Below, piece by piece: positions 28,222 to 46,266 of a DNA stretch of 64,000 bases. A model generated the notes under the pieces. That model did no database searches, had not been told where the DNA came from, and was given only the letters and a program-made list of their open reading frames with translations. The stretch is from the human T2T-CHM13v2.0 reference genome, Homo sapiens, in assembly GCF_009914755.1 (NCBI RefSeq), contig NC_060934.1; one strand, given 5' to 3'. Position 1 is the stretch's first letter; every line of letters starts with the position of its first letter. The position numbers and the translations under genes were made by a program.

Positions 28222-29208
28222 TCTTTGATTCAGTTTTGTTTAATGCATTTTGCAGATTATTTCTGACTCATTGATAACCTTTTTAAAAACCCTCACAGAA
28301 GATGTGTGCATCACCCATAGTATTACTTTGGTATGCCATTATAAGTTGTTTAATCTAGCATCTAGCTGTGGCATAGGTATAACACATGTGGTTTTATTAC
28401 CTGGGCTGTGTGTAATCTCCAATAAAAGTCATTTGTTCCTATTTTATTTACTTAGATATAAGACTTTCAGGCTGGTTTCTTACCCTACCTTACTTCACTT
28501 AAGGCATGATTTCCTCATCATCTTCTAATAGCTTTGGAAGTGCTAATAGATATTCTTTATTAGCCCAAAGGACTAATAAACATTGTTTATTTCTCAAATT
28601 ATTTCTTCCACTCTCTCTTTACTCTTTTTCCTCCTTTACTCTCTCTATTCCCTGAGGCTTCATTGAAAGATGATATAGAATTAACTTTTCCAAGATATAT
28701 TTGTTTTTAAAAGGGATTTTTATCAACAAAAATAAAACTCAAATTTAGAATAATAATCTGTACCCTACTTCTGGGAAGTTACCAGTGGTGGTCTGGCAAA
28801 AAACAAAAATACTGGTAGACTTAGGATAGGGGAGGTGGTTTAGCAAGAAGGTGGCACAGGAATATTTTTAAAATTTAACCCTGTATTATTTTTACATTTT
28901 AAGGCCCCCATCCAGTTCTGTTTAACAGTCCTTTTTACCAAGGCATCATTTTTATTTGACGTGTTAAACAAAGAAAAGTTATTCTAGCTTTGGCATCCTT
29001 TAAAATAAATAGAATTTTGGCTTTACCTTTGATCTGCCTTTGAGTGTGATGTTATATGAAGATAGTAACTCACTATGAAAAGATTAGTTTTGTCTTTGTT
29101 CTGAAAAGACATTCCTGAAGTAATTCATATTCCTTAAAATTTGCCACTTTGTATAACATATTCATGTCAGAAATTGCTTTTTTCCTTTTTAGCGTGGTTC
29201 TGAAATCT

Positions 29209-29687
<479 letters not shown>

Positions 29688-30398
29688 TGATAAAAAACAT
29701 AATTATTTTTATTGGAGCAAATGCAGTGAGATTTGGAGTAGGTGATTTTAAATTGCTGGTGAATGGCTAAGTAATTCCAGATAGCTATCTCAAACAAAAC
29801 CGTGAGATTGTTGAAGCCCTGGGGTCTGGCCTTAAGGAGATAATAGCCACCAAATGTTGAGGTTCATACTACCAGATCTCCGAGGGAAGCCTAATGGTGG
29901 AGATTTGGGTTTTGGCAGGCCCAGAGTAGTTGGTTGTGATCCACAATTACCCCAGGATTCCCATAGCCCATTAGGGAGCTCTAGGTAGTTTCAGGACTGA
30001 TAGAGAAATTCAGATTTTTTTCTTGGATAGGTCTTGGGAGCTGATATCTGCCCAAATCCTTGTTGGTTATACTGAGTATGCTCTAGATGGTTCAGAGCAT
30101 TTGTTACCTATGTACCAACCCTGTCCCCCTAGGCCCACAACAGGTCATAATAGGCCTAGGAGATGGAGGGGAAGCAAAATACTTCAGTTGTTCTGCATTC
30201 CTCAGGAACCTATGTGAATCATCTCATGGTAAACTTAATGAGACTTTGAGATTGAAGAATTAAGATATTACTTTGCCCATTGGCTTATCTTACAGTTTGG
30301 GTCCTTTGCCAGATAAGACACAATTCAGTATCAGTACAGATTTTAGATTGCCTCATTGTTTTTTCATTTTCTTAATTCAAATTGCTGATGATGTTTTA

Positions 30399-30795
<397 letters not shown>

Positions 30796-30872
30796 TTATT
30801 CCATCAAAACAAAAGGCTTATCCTTATTATAACTTTGGCAAAGCTAGAAGGGCCAAGGAGAAGTGACTAAGT

Positions 30873-30911
<39 letters not shown>

Positions 30912-33900
30912 GGATGTCTAGTGAGTAGTAATAGGTATTCTCCATATAAGGACTTTCACCTACCTCTGAGGGAAAATTGGAAATTAGCATTTATAGAGTT
31001 CTTACTGTGTTCCTCCACTGTGCAAGGCTATTACATAATTCTGTAAGGTAGAAAGGCAGAAAGTTTGAGTCAAAGTGTCAAAAACTGGCCATTTTATCAT
31101 CATAGCTACAATTTGAAACAAGATGGATACAAACACAAAACAGTTCTAATCATGATCCTTTTTGATCATGAATATGAGAGTTACGGTTAATATCAATCTT
31201 TCAGCAACAATTAATAAATACCATGTGTGGCATCATGATAGATCAAATGAAGTATAAGATACCCTATTCTATTCTAGTTAAGGTTAAGGTCATTATAGTT
31301 TGGTATTTATATTTCACCTTTCAGTACCATTATCTAGTTAAGTTACCAGTAAATGTCTAGAAAGGTACACTAATAGTGTTTTTCATACTGAAAAATGAAA
31401 CTCACTAGTGGTCTATGTGATCATTTAGTGAATCATTTTGAAAAAGAAATTGAAGAAAATACCAAAGTACACTGCATGAAGTAAAGTGAAATATGGAATT
31501 GTGAAACCTGTGTATACTGGATTATGATATAAAATACTGTGGGTCATAGTCAAAACCTACTACTCTGGGTAGTTAAGGAGAATGTATACTGAGCCGTGAA
31601 GAAGAGAGATAATTTGAATATAAGAAAAGAATAAGGAAAGGAGTCAGTGTGAGTAGAGCCATGGAAGCAGGAATGTAGCATCATAAGCTGTGTTCAGGAA
31701 GGAGTGGGTAGACCGTATTGAGTTAAATAGCAGAGTCTTATCAGATTAGTAGTGGAAGATGAGGCTGAAAAGGTGGTTTGGAATTAGACTGTGGAATGTT
31801 ACTGAATGCCAAGTAATTTGGATTTTATTTTATTGGCAGTGGTGAATTTTTGAGGCTTTTGAAGCAAAGAGATAGGCATGTACAAAGCATTTAAAAAAGT
31901 ACAATCTAGTAGCTGTAGAAGCAGGGAGACCAGTTTGGATGCTTTCTGAAGTAGTCCATATAATAAAAAGATATGAGTCAGCACTCAGGTGATAGAATTG
32001 GGAACAGAAAGGAAAACAAAGGTCTAAGAAACACTATAAATAAAAAGTATTTTCTGTTAATTGGTACTACTTATTTCTTCACATAGCTGCAAAAGTTATC
32101 TTCTCTTAGTGCCTACTGCAGCAAGGAAAAAAGAAGTGATCTTCTCAAAGAACATATCAAATTGAGTCATTTCTCTATTTACAGTCTTCCATTGGCTTCT
32201 CACTACAATTAGATAAAATCTGTGGCCTACAAAGTGCACCACTCTATCCCTTCTGTAGCTCTTCTGACATTGCTTCCTTTCCTTTCTTTAAACACAGCGT
32301 GATCATTTCCATCTTAGGGCTTTTGCACTTGCTGTTCCTTCTGCTTGGAAAGCCCTGCTCTAGTTCTTCATCATTATTTAGTTCTCAACTCTCAGGTCAT
32401 CTGCTTAGAGAATAATAATCACCTCCTGGTCACACTCTATCACATTACTTTTTATGTCGCCTTAACATTTATATCTGTCTGAGTTATTTATTCATTTATG
32501 CTGTCTGACTTCTTTCACTAAAATATAAGTTTCAGGAAGGCAGGACTTTGTCTTATTTACCCTAGCACATAGCAGTCATTAAGTAAAAATTCATTGAATG
32601 AAAAAATGATATGTGATAGTAGATTTATAATCAACATGTTTTCACATTATAATGACTTCAGTGAAAAGTGATGAAGATATATACTCTTGAGAGTTCAGTT
32701 GACATAATAAAAGAATTTTATAATAGGCAAATAGAAAATTTAATGAATTCTTAAGATGTAAATAAATTATATGAGAAAACTTGATAAGTAAGAACAGCTT
32801 AAAGGATTTTTACCATGCCGGAGTTTATCGTACTTTTTTAGAAGCATATGGACTCATTTAGTCCTTTAGGATACCATACAGTGCACTAAGATAAGGATAG
32901 GTAATTTTATAAAGGAGAACACTTTATCTGATGAAGTTTATGCTATACTTGTGGGATCTTTATTCCTTTCTCATCCCATGACTTGAAAATGGTAAGCATT
33001 TTTACAAGGAAAAGATTTGTTTATACTTGTAGGCAAGAATCCTGTAAAAAATTTCAAATTTTTCATGTTAGAATTTTTGATGGATTAGTTCTGTTTATTC
33101 CAATTGTTTGGACACGATAATGAATGCATTTTTTTTTCTATACTGCCTATCGTGTCCCCATTTTACATGGATGTTTTGAGAGAGTGATGGTTTTGGTCTG
33201 CCTTATCTTAGAACAAAACGTAAGAGTAAATCTTTATGACTGAGGGTTAGGCAGTGTTTTCTCTTGGTACATCATCAGACTAATTTAGGATTCCTTGGCA
33301 GGAAGAACATATCTGAAATCGTTTTCACTGCCTATTTTGTATGCTTTTAAGATATTTGTTTAAAAAGGGCATAGTTTTTTTACACGGTGTACACATTCTA
33401 CAAAAAAATGTACACTTGTTAGTAGGAAAGAAACAACATTGGTTTGACAGAACTTTCTTTAAAACTCTTACCTCAACTAATAGTACTTAAAGGGTATTTG
33501 CTTGCATTAAAGTCAGGTTGCAGGGTTAGGGAAGTCAAACTTTTATTCTAGGTTTGAAATTAACCTATAACTTCAGCTGGATTAAAAGTCTACAGTTTTA
33601 GATTGGGTCCTGTAATTTTGGAAAGTTTAGTCAAAATCCCATTTTAGCCTTGGTTTTTACTAAGATGCAAAGGGTATTAGTATGTCTCAATATGAAAATA
33701 CCTTAGAGTAACTTTCTCAACCTGATAAACAGCATTAATGACAAACCCACAGCTTATGGCACTTGTAATGGTGAAAAACTGAATCCTTTCTCCCTAAGAT
33801 CAGAAATAAGGTTGTCAACTTTCATGACTTATACTCAACATTGTACTGGAGCTTCTACCCAGGGCAGTTAGATAAGAAAAAAAAAATAAAAGGCATCCAG

Positions 33901-33955
33901 ATTGGAAAGAAAGAAGTAAAACCATTTCTGCTTGCAGATATCATGATCTTATGTA

Positions 33956-35418
33956 CAGGTATACTTCATTTATTGCACTTTGCAGATACTGCATTTTTTA
34001 GCAATTGAAGGTTTGTGTCAAGCAGGTCAATTTCTAATCGCATATGTTCACTTCATGTTTCTGTGTTGTATTTTGGTGATTTTTGCAATATTTTAAACTT
34101 TATTATAATTTCATACGTCACGATGATCTGTGGATCTGTAATCTTTGATGTTATTATTGTAATTGTTTTAGGGTGTCACAAACCATGCCCATATAAGATG
34201 CAGACTTAATAAATGTTGTGTGTGTTCTGATGGCTTCACTGACTGGCTGTTGCCCCATCTCTCTCCCTCTTATTGTCCCTGAGACACAGCTATATTGAAA
34301 TTAGGCCAATTAATAACCCTACAATGGCCACTAAGTGTTCAAGTGAAACAAAGAGTCACATGTATTTCACTTTAAATTTAAAGCTAGAAATGGTTAAGCT
34401 TAGTGAGGAAGGCATGTCAAAAACCAGGATAGACTGAAAGCTAGATCTCTTGTGCCAAATAGCCAAATTGTGAATGCAAAGGGAAAGTTCTTAAAGGGAA
34501 TTAAAAGTGCTACTCTGGTGAACATCCAAATATGAAAGTGAAACAGCCTTATGGGTGATATGGAGAAAGTTTTAGTAGTCTGTATAGAAACCAGCCAGAA
34601 CATTCTCTTAAGCCAAAGCCTAATCCAGAGCAAGGCCCTAACTCTATTTAATTCTGTGAAGGCTAAGAGAGGAGGAAGCTGCAGAAGAAAAGTTGGAAGC
34701 TAGCAGAGTTTGGTTCATGAGGTTTAAGAAAAGAAGTCATCTCCATACAAAAGTACAAAGTGAAGCAGCAGGTGCTAAGGTGGAAGCTGTAGCAAATTAT
34801 TGAGAAAATCTAGCTAAAATAATCAACGAAGGTGGCAACAGATTTTCAAAGTAGACGAAACCATCATCTATTGGAAGAAGATGCCATCCAGGACTTTCAT
34901 AGCTAGAGCAGAAGTCATAGAGAAGGGAAGTCGATGCTTGGCTTCAAAGCTTCAAAGGCTGGGCTGTCTTAATAGGGGCTGATGGGCTGATGTAGCTGGT
35001 GACTTGAAGTTGAAGCCAGTGCTCATTTACCATTCTGAAAATTCTAGGCCCTTAAGAATGAGGCTAAATCTCCTCTGCCTGTGCTCTGTAAATGGAACAA
35101 TAAAGCCTGAATGACAGCACATTGTTTATAGCATAGTTTACTATTTGACGCCTACTGTTGAGACATACTACTCAGAAAATTTTTTTAAAAAATTATTGCT
35201 CATCGACAATACACCTGGTTACCCAAGAGCTCTGATGGAGATGTACAAGGATATTAATGTTATTTTCATGTATGCTAACACAACATCCATTCTGCAGCCC
35301 ATTGGACCAAGGTGTGATTTCAACTTTCAAGTTTTATTATTTCAGAAATACATTTCATAAGGCTGTATCTGCCATAGATAGTGAATCTTCTGATGGATTG
35401 GGCAAAGTAAGATGAAAA
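33956..35418 (+). mobile_element. Tigger1 DNA transposon, 3'-truncated, decayed transposase
   Basis: Starts TA|CAGGTATACTTC...; GCTTAGTGAGGAAGGCATGTCAAAA; translation fragment [33 protein letters not shown] is pogo/Tigger DDE-like. Confidence 0.88.
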
Positions 35419-36126
35419 TAATTACATGTACAATAGCATCTAAAAGAATAAAATACCTAGGAATAAATGTAACCAAGAAGATGAAAGCTTTGTACACTGA
35501 AAACTATTAATACAAAATACTTTTGAAATAAATTAAGGAAGACCTAAATAGATGAAAAGATATCCTGTGCTCATGGATTGGAAGACTTAATATTGTTAAG
35601 ATGGCCGTACTTTCCAAATTGATCTATAGATTCAGTGCAAGCCCTATGAAAGTTCCAGCTTCCTTTTTTTTGCAGAAATTGACAGCTGATAATATAATTC
35701 ATGTGAAAATGCAAGGTACCCAGAATAACCAAAACAATCTTGAAAAGAATAAAGTTGGAGAGCTTGCATTTCCTGATTTCAAATCTCACTATAAAACTAT
35801 AGTAATCAAGGCAGTATGGAACTGACCAAAGAACAGACTTACTGATTAGTGGAATAGAGTTGAGCGTGTAGAAATAATTTCTCACATTTATGGTCAACTA
35901 ATTTTTAGCAAGGATCACAAGACAATGTAATGTATTTTCAACAAATAGAGCGGACACAACTGGATACCTACATACAAAATAATGAGGTTGGATCCCTACC
36001 TCACACCATACACAAAACTCAAAATGGATCATAGACCTGAATTTTTTAAGAGCTAAAACAATAAAATTCTTAGAATAAAACATAAGTGTAAATCTTTATG
36101 ATGTTGCATTAGGCATTGGTTTTTTA

Positions 36127-36521
<395 letters not shown>

Positions 36522-36884
36522 TTAATATCAGTAGTCATTAGGGAAATGTGAATCAAAACTATAAGATACCACTTCACAGTTACTAAGATGACCATCTAGG
36601 GTTGCTCACCAACTTTGTAGTCATCCATTCATCATACCAGTTACCACTGATCAGAGAAAGGTCTTGAAAAGTCCACTGAGTTTGCAGTTTGGCACTTAAA
36701 AACTGATAATGTCATCATCAGCTGATGGCACTGCACAGATGGCTCAACACTTTGCAATTACTTAAGACATGTAATTAACCACAGGTAAGTTTTCAATATA
36801 TTATGTGGTGCCAGTATGTAATGTGGTATGAGTATTTAATAATGGAGAAAGATTAGTCTCTATTTAGCATATGAAAAGAATATA

Positions 36885-37768
<884 letters not shown>

Positions 37769-37816
37769 TAAGGGGGGAGGTATAGGTTTTAAGGATTTCT
37801 AATTAACAATGAAATC

Positions 37817-37927
37817 TAACAAAATTAAGACTAGATATTGAAAGAATTTACTAGTTTTATAAATTTCATTTAACAAAATTAAGACTAGATATTGAAAGAA
37901 TTTACTAGTTTTATAAATTTCATTTAA
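37817..37927. repeat. Perfect 54-bp tandem duplication
   Basis: TAACAAAATTAAGACTAGATATTGAAAGAATTTACTAGTTTTATAAATTTCATT x2. Confidence 0.95.
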
Positions 37928-38249
37928 GATGTAACAGAATATAACTTGATTATATTTGTTATGCCTTGAACAACAAAATTAAGAAGTATAGTTGTGGAGG
38001 AAAGGAAAAACAACATTGTCCAGTGATCAGGAAGTAGCTACTGATCCAGTTTTCTGGATTTTATTTCTGGCAAATAAAAATGGTGGTTACTTCCCATTTT
38101 TAGCCTAAAGGTAGAAAATTGATACCCATACTTTTAATTATTGCAAAAGTCCTGAAGAAGATAATTATATTCTTTGTACTTTTTTAGACAGTAGGAGTCC
38201 AGTTGCAGGGCTGAATTATAGAGGGTTACTGTAGAACACTTATGTCTTG

Positions 38250-38336
38250 GAAAGTAGGGGCCACTCATTTAATTGAATTTTCTTATGAAACTCTTAGAAA
38301 GTAGGTGACACTCATTTACTTGAATTTTCTTAGGAA
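38250..38336. repeat. Diverged ~47-bp tandem duplication
   Basis: GAAAGTAGG..CACTCATTTA.TTGAATTTTCTTA.GAA x2. Confidence 0.85.
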
Positions 38337-40276
38337 CCGGATAAATATGTAAATTAACATTATCAAACAGTATGAAGAACAGTATCATTTATCAGAGAGC
38401 TATATAATTCATGTATTTCTTTTTGTATGCAAGTAAATGAATATTTTAACTGTAATTTCTATAGGGATAGGAATACTGAAAACTGTAGACCAACTAAAAA
38501 TAGTTGTCAGAGGGCAGAGATAGGCACCTGTTAGAGTTAGAATTGAATGCTATATGAGATAAAGATGAAGTAATGTGCAGGTTTTAGAGATAAAATAGAG
38601 GAAATGTAGCCAGGATAAAATTACACATCTAAAATGCAGTCTGTACAATGAAGTCATTGCAGTTGTGTCTAGATAGATTCACAGTTTCTATACTGACCTT
38701 TGTTAGAAATAGTTCATTAAGACTAAGCTTTCTTCTCCCTGACCTAGGTTACATATACAGCAAGGTGACAGAGGCTCATTCGGAGACAAAGACTGAATTG
38801 TAGGAACCAAGTGTTTTTAGTACTTCAGCTAGCCAGTTATTAAAGTTTAAAGCAATTCTACAACTGATGTGTGGGAAGAAATGAGATTATGAGATCTTAA
38901 AAAATAATCAGAAGTACTGTAACTTGAAATTCAGCTTCTAAAATTTTGTATAGAAATAAACAAATAAGTCAGACATTGAATAATTGACATGGTATATTAT
39001 AGCGAAGTTGTGGTAGCTTTTTATGCAAGTGATTGCAGAGTGCCTAACTTAAGCTGTAACTTGTTTAAGAAAACAATTCTTCTCAAACTATGAATTTGTA
39101 ATTTAAAAAAACAACAGGAAGAGTTTAATTAATAGATTTTCTTGAGATATTTTAGATGATGCAATGTAAACAAATTTATTTTATATGCAGCTTTGAGGAA
39201 TGTGTTTGATTCATAAACTGACTATACCTTTAGTACTGATGCTTGTAATAATTACACAGGAGAATCCTACTAGACTTTAAGGCAATATGTTATTTTGCTA
39301 AATTCTTTTGCTGCATATTGTAAAGGAATTTGTCCATTGTAAATGCTGTGATAAATATTGAAAATTGAATAGTAAGCACAATTCAAATACTTTTTCTTAA
39401 ACTAGAATCTTCTTCATTTAAAGATAATTTCTATTCTGGTACAAATTTTGGCAATTAAAGCATGCCAAGAGGAAAATCAGTAAAAAATGTCTTTTTATTA
39501 GATGAGAGACTTTGTTAGTATCTTGCATTTATATTCTAAAAATGAAGAGATTCAGATATTTTGATATATTTTAGCTGTTTTGAGGAAGAGGATAATTCTT
39601 TACTTCTTGCTTATCTTTTTCTACTTATTCTAGTAAATAATGTCAATCCCATGACAGTGAAAGTCCCGTAAGTGTTACTAGTGAAAAACTTTAGGTCTAA
39701 ACTAGGATTCAGTAATGACAACAGAATTTCCTAATCTGATTACTAGCTAACCAGTTCTTTAAGACGAATTTGTTTGGAAAATAATTAATCAGCACTATGA
39801 CAAACACATGACATAGTGCTTATACTCACATCTTCTAAATCAAGAAAAGTTGGAACTTAACTCATAAGTAAATGAATTCCTTGTTTTGTTGTTATTTTGG
39901 GAAAAGCCAATGGAGAAAGATAGGTAATACTAAACATGATTTTGGAGCCAAATTGTCAAAAATGATACCCAGAATCCAACACAGATGGCCCTTGGGAGAT
40001 ATGTAATGCATTGACATGAGTATCGTACCAGAAGTCAGAAGACATAATTTTTCCTTTCATCTCTACTACTGATAGGTTGTGAATGTTGTATAAGTTAAAC
40101 CACTTCTTGGAGTCTTGCTTTTCTTGGCTATTAAAGGAGGATCTCTAGATGATCTTAGAAATCCCTGCCTACATGTAAAGTTTTGTACAGTTTTGTGAAT
40201 TTTTGAGTTAAGTAATTATTGGCATATTAGAAACTTAGTTGTTACTCTGCTGTTTCTGAAGCATTTTCCTTGATAC

Positions 40277-40278
<2 letters not shown>

Positions 40279-40314
<36 letters not shown>
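40279..40314. repeat. (GT)18 microsatellite, with a (CA)n run at ~40352-40369
   Basis: Direct reading. Confidence 0.95.
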
Positions 40315-40317
<3 letters not shown>

Positions 40318-41952
40318 CGCCCACAGATATATACATATATATAACACTTGAGACACACACACACACACATGAAATGAAAGACCAGCAGGAAAAATCAGCT
40401 TAGAATCTCACTTCATTTAAAATTTGGTACTTTGTAAATATCTAAAGATTATTATAATACATGGTACTGTAGCTATAATAAGGTTTTAATTTATAATGAA
40501 GAACTTTGATAAGTAGTAAATATTTATATAAGACTAGAATTTGCCCTAAGAAACATATATTTGTGTGTATACTACAAACACATTCCTCAAAGCTGTGTGT
40601 ACACATACACACACTCATATGGATAGATATAGATACAAATTCTGAAATTTAAATGCTCAGGAACATTCAGGACCCTGTCCCTTTTGGAAAACTACTTACC
40701 ACTGACTTCTAAGGAAATGTAGTTAATCTGGTAAGCATTATTGTGTTATAACTTCTGGCCACTTTTTTGTATTCTCTGACAAGTTTATATTTGCTCAGGC
40801 TCCAGAAATCTGGTTTTGTGGTTGTAACTGTATTATATTGTTGTATCTCATCAGTCACTTTAATAGGCTCCAGTGATCACTGGATGGAGTGAGCCATATA
40901 CCAGGAGGAAAGAGCACACTGCTCTTACACAAAACAAGGAGCACAGCTTAGCTCATCTAAAATATTTGTCTATAAACAATCTGAAGAGAAAGTAGCTACA
41001 GGTCAGTATGTTGGAATCTTTCTTCCTAACCATTTAGACAATAAAAGTAGCTTTTAAATAATGTCCTCACTGCTTTGATAATCTGCCAAGCCCCATTCCT
41101 AATTCTAGGACATGTCTACTGTTTATTTTTTTTGCTTGCAGAGTTGCTAAGCGTTGGAAATGAGAGCTGTGCTGACTGGGTCCACTAGATAGTTATGCTG
41201 TGTTTAATTGCAGCCTTCTATGGATTGGCCATTTTCACTTCTCATTGTCCCCCTGTAGCATTTATCATAATGACTATTCAAACCATTTTTTTTTTTTTTT
41301 AACCCCTCCAAGAGAGTGTGAGGCAAAAGCCAAAGCTCTAGAGGTCATCAAATCATATTGTGGTTTACAGACAGGACCTTAGTTCCTCTAAAATTACGTG
41401 ATAGAGATGAATGATCTTTAAGATTTCTTCTAGACTAAAAATTTCTGCTATTTGAAGTACCCAATCCCACTTTTTACTCTTAGATCTAGTTTTTGAATCA
41501 ATGGCTAGGACCCATATCTCCCATCTCCTAGTCTAAAGATATTTCCAGTATACCATTGTGACTCTTCATTTCTCCCTTTGCTGAAAATATGGATGCCTGG
41601 TCTGAGCTTTTTCATCTTCTCCTATATTTTCTACCTTTATAACTTCAGCTCAGATTGACTATATACTCCCCCTGCCTTGTGAACTTCTACTCATGTACAG
41701 ATAGGCATGAACAAGAATAACAAAAGTGTTTATAATAAAAATTAGAAGTAACATGAATTTCTGTTAACAGGGGAATGACTAAATAAATGATGATACATCC
41801 ATACCATGTAGCAAGTAAAAAGAATGATGTAGATGTGTATATGTGTATGTGGAGAGATTTCCAAGACATATTAAATGAAAATAAGCAAATTGCAAAATGG
41901 CATTTCAATATGATCTCATTTATGTTAAAAAATAACAAAGCAAAATCACATA

Positions 41953-42266
41953 CAGTTGGCTCTTGTATCTGTGAACTCCACATCCATGGATTCAAACGAC
42001 TATGGATTGAAAATATTTGGGGGGAAAATTGCATCTATGCTAAACATATACAGACTTTTTCCCTGTGTCCTTATTCCCTAAACAATACAATATAACAACT
42101 ATTTACATGGTATTCACATTGTAGTGAGTATTATAAGTAATCTAGAGATGATTTAAGGTATAGAGGAGGATGTACATAGGTTATATGCAAATATTACACC
42201 ATTTTATATCAGGGACTTCAGCATTTGGGGATTTTGGTATCCCCCATTGATACTGAGGGATGATTG
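41953..42266. mobile_element. MER2-like Tigger-family MITE nested in an old L1 3' fragment (~41690-42450)
   Basis: TA-flanked CAGTTGGCTCTTGTATC...GATACTGAGGGATGATTG; internal TATTATAAGTAATCTAGAGATGATTTAA. Confidence 0.8.
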
Positions 42267-43931
42267 TATTTCTATATGTACATGTATGTGTATGTAAATG
42301 CATCGAAAAGGCACACCTCAAAAGAGATGTCAGATGGATACACTTTTGTTACTTCTGGGGAAAGGAGTGAGATTCAAGGGGAAACGATCATGTTGATTTT
42401 ATTGTCATAGTTTCTGTAGTAAGAGTGCATTAATTTGTGAACTTAAAAAAAGATTTTTTTTGAGCCACTTAGTTTACAGTACTTTAAAGTAAGATTTTTA
42501 AAAAGGCAATAGGTGTATTCTATTCATACATTTCCACAGATAATAAAGGTGGGAGAGACCTTAGAAGATCATCTAGTAGAGTACTGAAAATCTAAGTCCC
42601 TGTAAGTAATATGCTCTACCAGTCTGGTTAATGACAAAGTCAGGATGAGAAACTAGGTTTTCTGATTCGCAGACCAGAGTTTTTTACACTACCTTCAAGA
42701 TGCACAGCTAAGATACATAATTTTTCACAAAGTGTTTCCTGATTATCCAAACTGATCTCTCTAAATTCCTATCTCAGATTCACTGTTTGTGTCACTTGTA
42801 TGAATTTTAACCCATACTACTTTATACTGTTATTTCCTCCCTTTCTAGATCATTTATATTCTTGCTAGAGCATATATATTCCATGAGGGCAGAAACTGTA
42901 ACTTGCTTGTCTTTGTATCTGACACGGTGCCTTGCACTTAGTACTTAAGGTGAATTAGTAAGGAACATTTCTGTAGCAGGCTCTGCACCTTTCGTTAGAT
43001 TCAGAGAAAAAAGTTGACTTTGGCCAAGTCAAATAAATAGCTGAGTTTTTTTTGTTTTTGTCTTTGCTGGTAAAACCTGCCATGTCGAGATAGAAAATAT
43101 TTTAGGAAGGCACATAGTGAGATATTTGCTACCCTGCAAATATATTCCCTTTCCAAGGAAAATAGTTTTGTTCTCCACTCCTGCTTCAAAGAGAACAGTT
43201 TGTCCCCATAGAATATTCTAGGTAATATGACCCACTTAGGAAATATGTGGTGATTGTGCTTCATAATGGGACCTCTTTGCTAAAGTTGTACCATGAGAAA
43301 ATGCCTCTTGAGTGCAATGGTTTTACAGATGAAAGTACATTTTTTTTCTGTATTTGAATTGGTACAGCAGACCAAGAAACTCCATTGTGACTTCAAGTTT
43401 ACTATAATTAGCATAGAAGCTGTGACAGATCTTTTCTGTTATGAAAACCTTTCCTTAGAATTTTTGGAATTTATACAAGTATCTGGCCCTTGAGGTGTTG
43501 TTACCCTGTTCTGTCTAAATAGCTCTATAATTTGATATAGCATCTTTGTAGATTTCAGCTTGCTTTTCGAGATATACTCTTTTCTATGATTTTCATCTGC
43601 AGTTGTGTTAATCCTATTTTCCTTCTGATTTTTTTGTTTCTTCTCACAGCTATTTAATTTGACATCATTTAAGGCCTGTAGAATTATTTACAGAAATAGA
43701 ATCTTTCATGGAAGTTTCCATGATCTGCTGGAACAGTGATCTTGGACAGAGCCTTAGGAAGACCCATTCCTTTTTGGAAAGCTAATTGTCTCTCTTAGTT
43801 TAGAATTAATAGCTTTAGGAAAATATCTCAGGATGTTCTAAATTTCCATACATGCTGCTAGCTACAGAGATTGTTATTGAAGTGGCCAATGGGTTCATCT
43901 GGAGCCATTTTTCTGTTACCATAATTTAAAA

Positions 43932-43951
43932 GTGTGTGTGTGTGTGTGTGT
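43932..43951. repeat. (GT)10 microsatellite
   Basis: Direct reading. Confidence 0.9.
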
Positions 43952-44221
43952 ATGAGAGAGATACATATACACATCTTTTTTTCCACAAAGGTATATGAGT
44001 TACATATATGTGAGTTCTGAGTTTGATTCATTTGAAGGCTGTGAAGCAATTAGAGATAAGAGGTTATTAAAAAGAAAGTAATTTATAACTATTTTAGTGA
44101 GTTTCAAATATGGTATACCAAAACTTGTTCCTGCTGTATTGGGCATTGTATTAGAAATTTTGAAAGTAGTTTTGTTTAGCACATTCTGATTTGCTGTGCT
44201 TAGAAAGAAATATATTAGTAA

Positions 44222-44512
<291 letters not shown>

Positions 44513-45939
44513 TAGTAATTGATTTTTAAATATTCTTGAGATCATAAAATTTTAAACTTCATCCAGATGAAGATTTCTTATGTAGATTAATTTACTCAGG
44601 CAAATTCCTGTTAACTTTATCATATTATTTTTCTAGATTTTAACTGGCTTTATAATTTGCCATAATAAAATTCCATTCATTTAAAATTGTAGTCAACAAT
44701 GTTTTAGTTTAGTATTAGTTGAATGGAATATAAAAAAATTGATTTTTAAACATTAGCTTGAGGCTAGTGCTGGTTAGTGCTTTATGTTAAAAATTTTTTT
44801 TTTTTCAAATGGTGGTCCTCGATGGAGAAATGTTTTCTAGAAATGGTATACAGAACTGTATTCTACTTCTATTTAGGATTTTTTAGTTCGGATATGAAAA
44901 AGCTGGAGCTCAAATATATGTTTGAGTTTGGCACCTTCAATTTGCAAAATGGACACATCTTTCTTGACAGGTGAAGGTTTTGATAGAGCTCTGAGTACGG
45001 AGGAGTTAGATGCTAGTACAGGCCCAACATTGGTTAGGAATAAATAATAGTTAAGAATTGTTTATCTTTTAGCAACAGTTTTACTATATTCAATAAAGTA
45101 CAATTTGGCTCCTCTCTCTGACTCTTCTTCCTCACCCTTTGCACTTTAGATGACATAACAAGGAAATACGTTAAAACTTTAGATTTAGGGTTTGTTTCAA
45201 ACTTCCTTGATTACTTGATCTTGAAAATTTAGGATTTGTTTTGAACTTCCTTTGATTGTCAATCTAGGGTGACTTGCAAGTAATGGGTAATTATGCTAAT
45301 GTCTCTTAACAGTCTTATATACCCCAAGATGATGTTTTCTGATTTGAAATTTTTGGTGGAAATGGAGTTCATTTGAAGTGGTATAGTTCCTGACACTGAC
45401 AGAGGACTTATAAAGATAATTACAAATCAACTGACAAGCACTTATTAGACATTGTGTGCTAGGTAATGGGAATAGGATAAAAGAAGTAGAAGTCCTGAGC
45501 CCTGCTCTGGAGGATTATAGTCTAGGTAGAAGACAAAAGATATTATAAGCTCCTATAAGCAGCATATAATTAAGTGCTAAGTTGTATGTGTTTGAGATGG
45601 GAGTTGAGGTAAACTCATAGCAGGGGGTTATCACGGGCTGAGGCTAATATGAACTGCTTAGACATGAGTGGTTATTCCTCTGCATGGTTCTCTCTTGGAG
45701 TTTGCCGTAATTGGTTTTTATCATGTTTTCAGTATGTTTAAAAGGGCTTTCAGGAGAAACACTACATCTGAGTCTCTTTTGCTCTTTTAATCATTATAGT
45801 TGTCACTTACTCTGGGGTGAAAGTGAACTTGCAGCTTTTCAGCATGGATAAGATAGATATAGGCCTGAGAGTACATTTGGAGAATGTGATACAACCTTCT
45901 TACTAATTTATGGTCGCTTTTCTGGTATGTCTCTGATGA

Positions 45940-46266
<327 letters not shown>

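Noticed and set aside
34380-35418. Possible domesticated Tigger transposase
   Set aside because: Multiple stops and frameshifts, and 3' truncation
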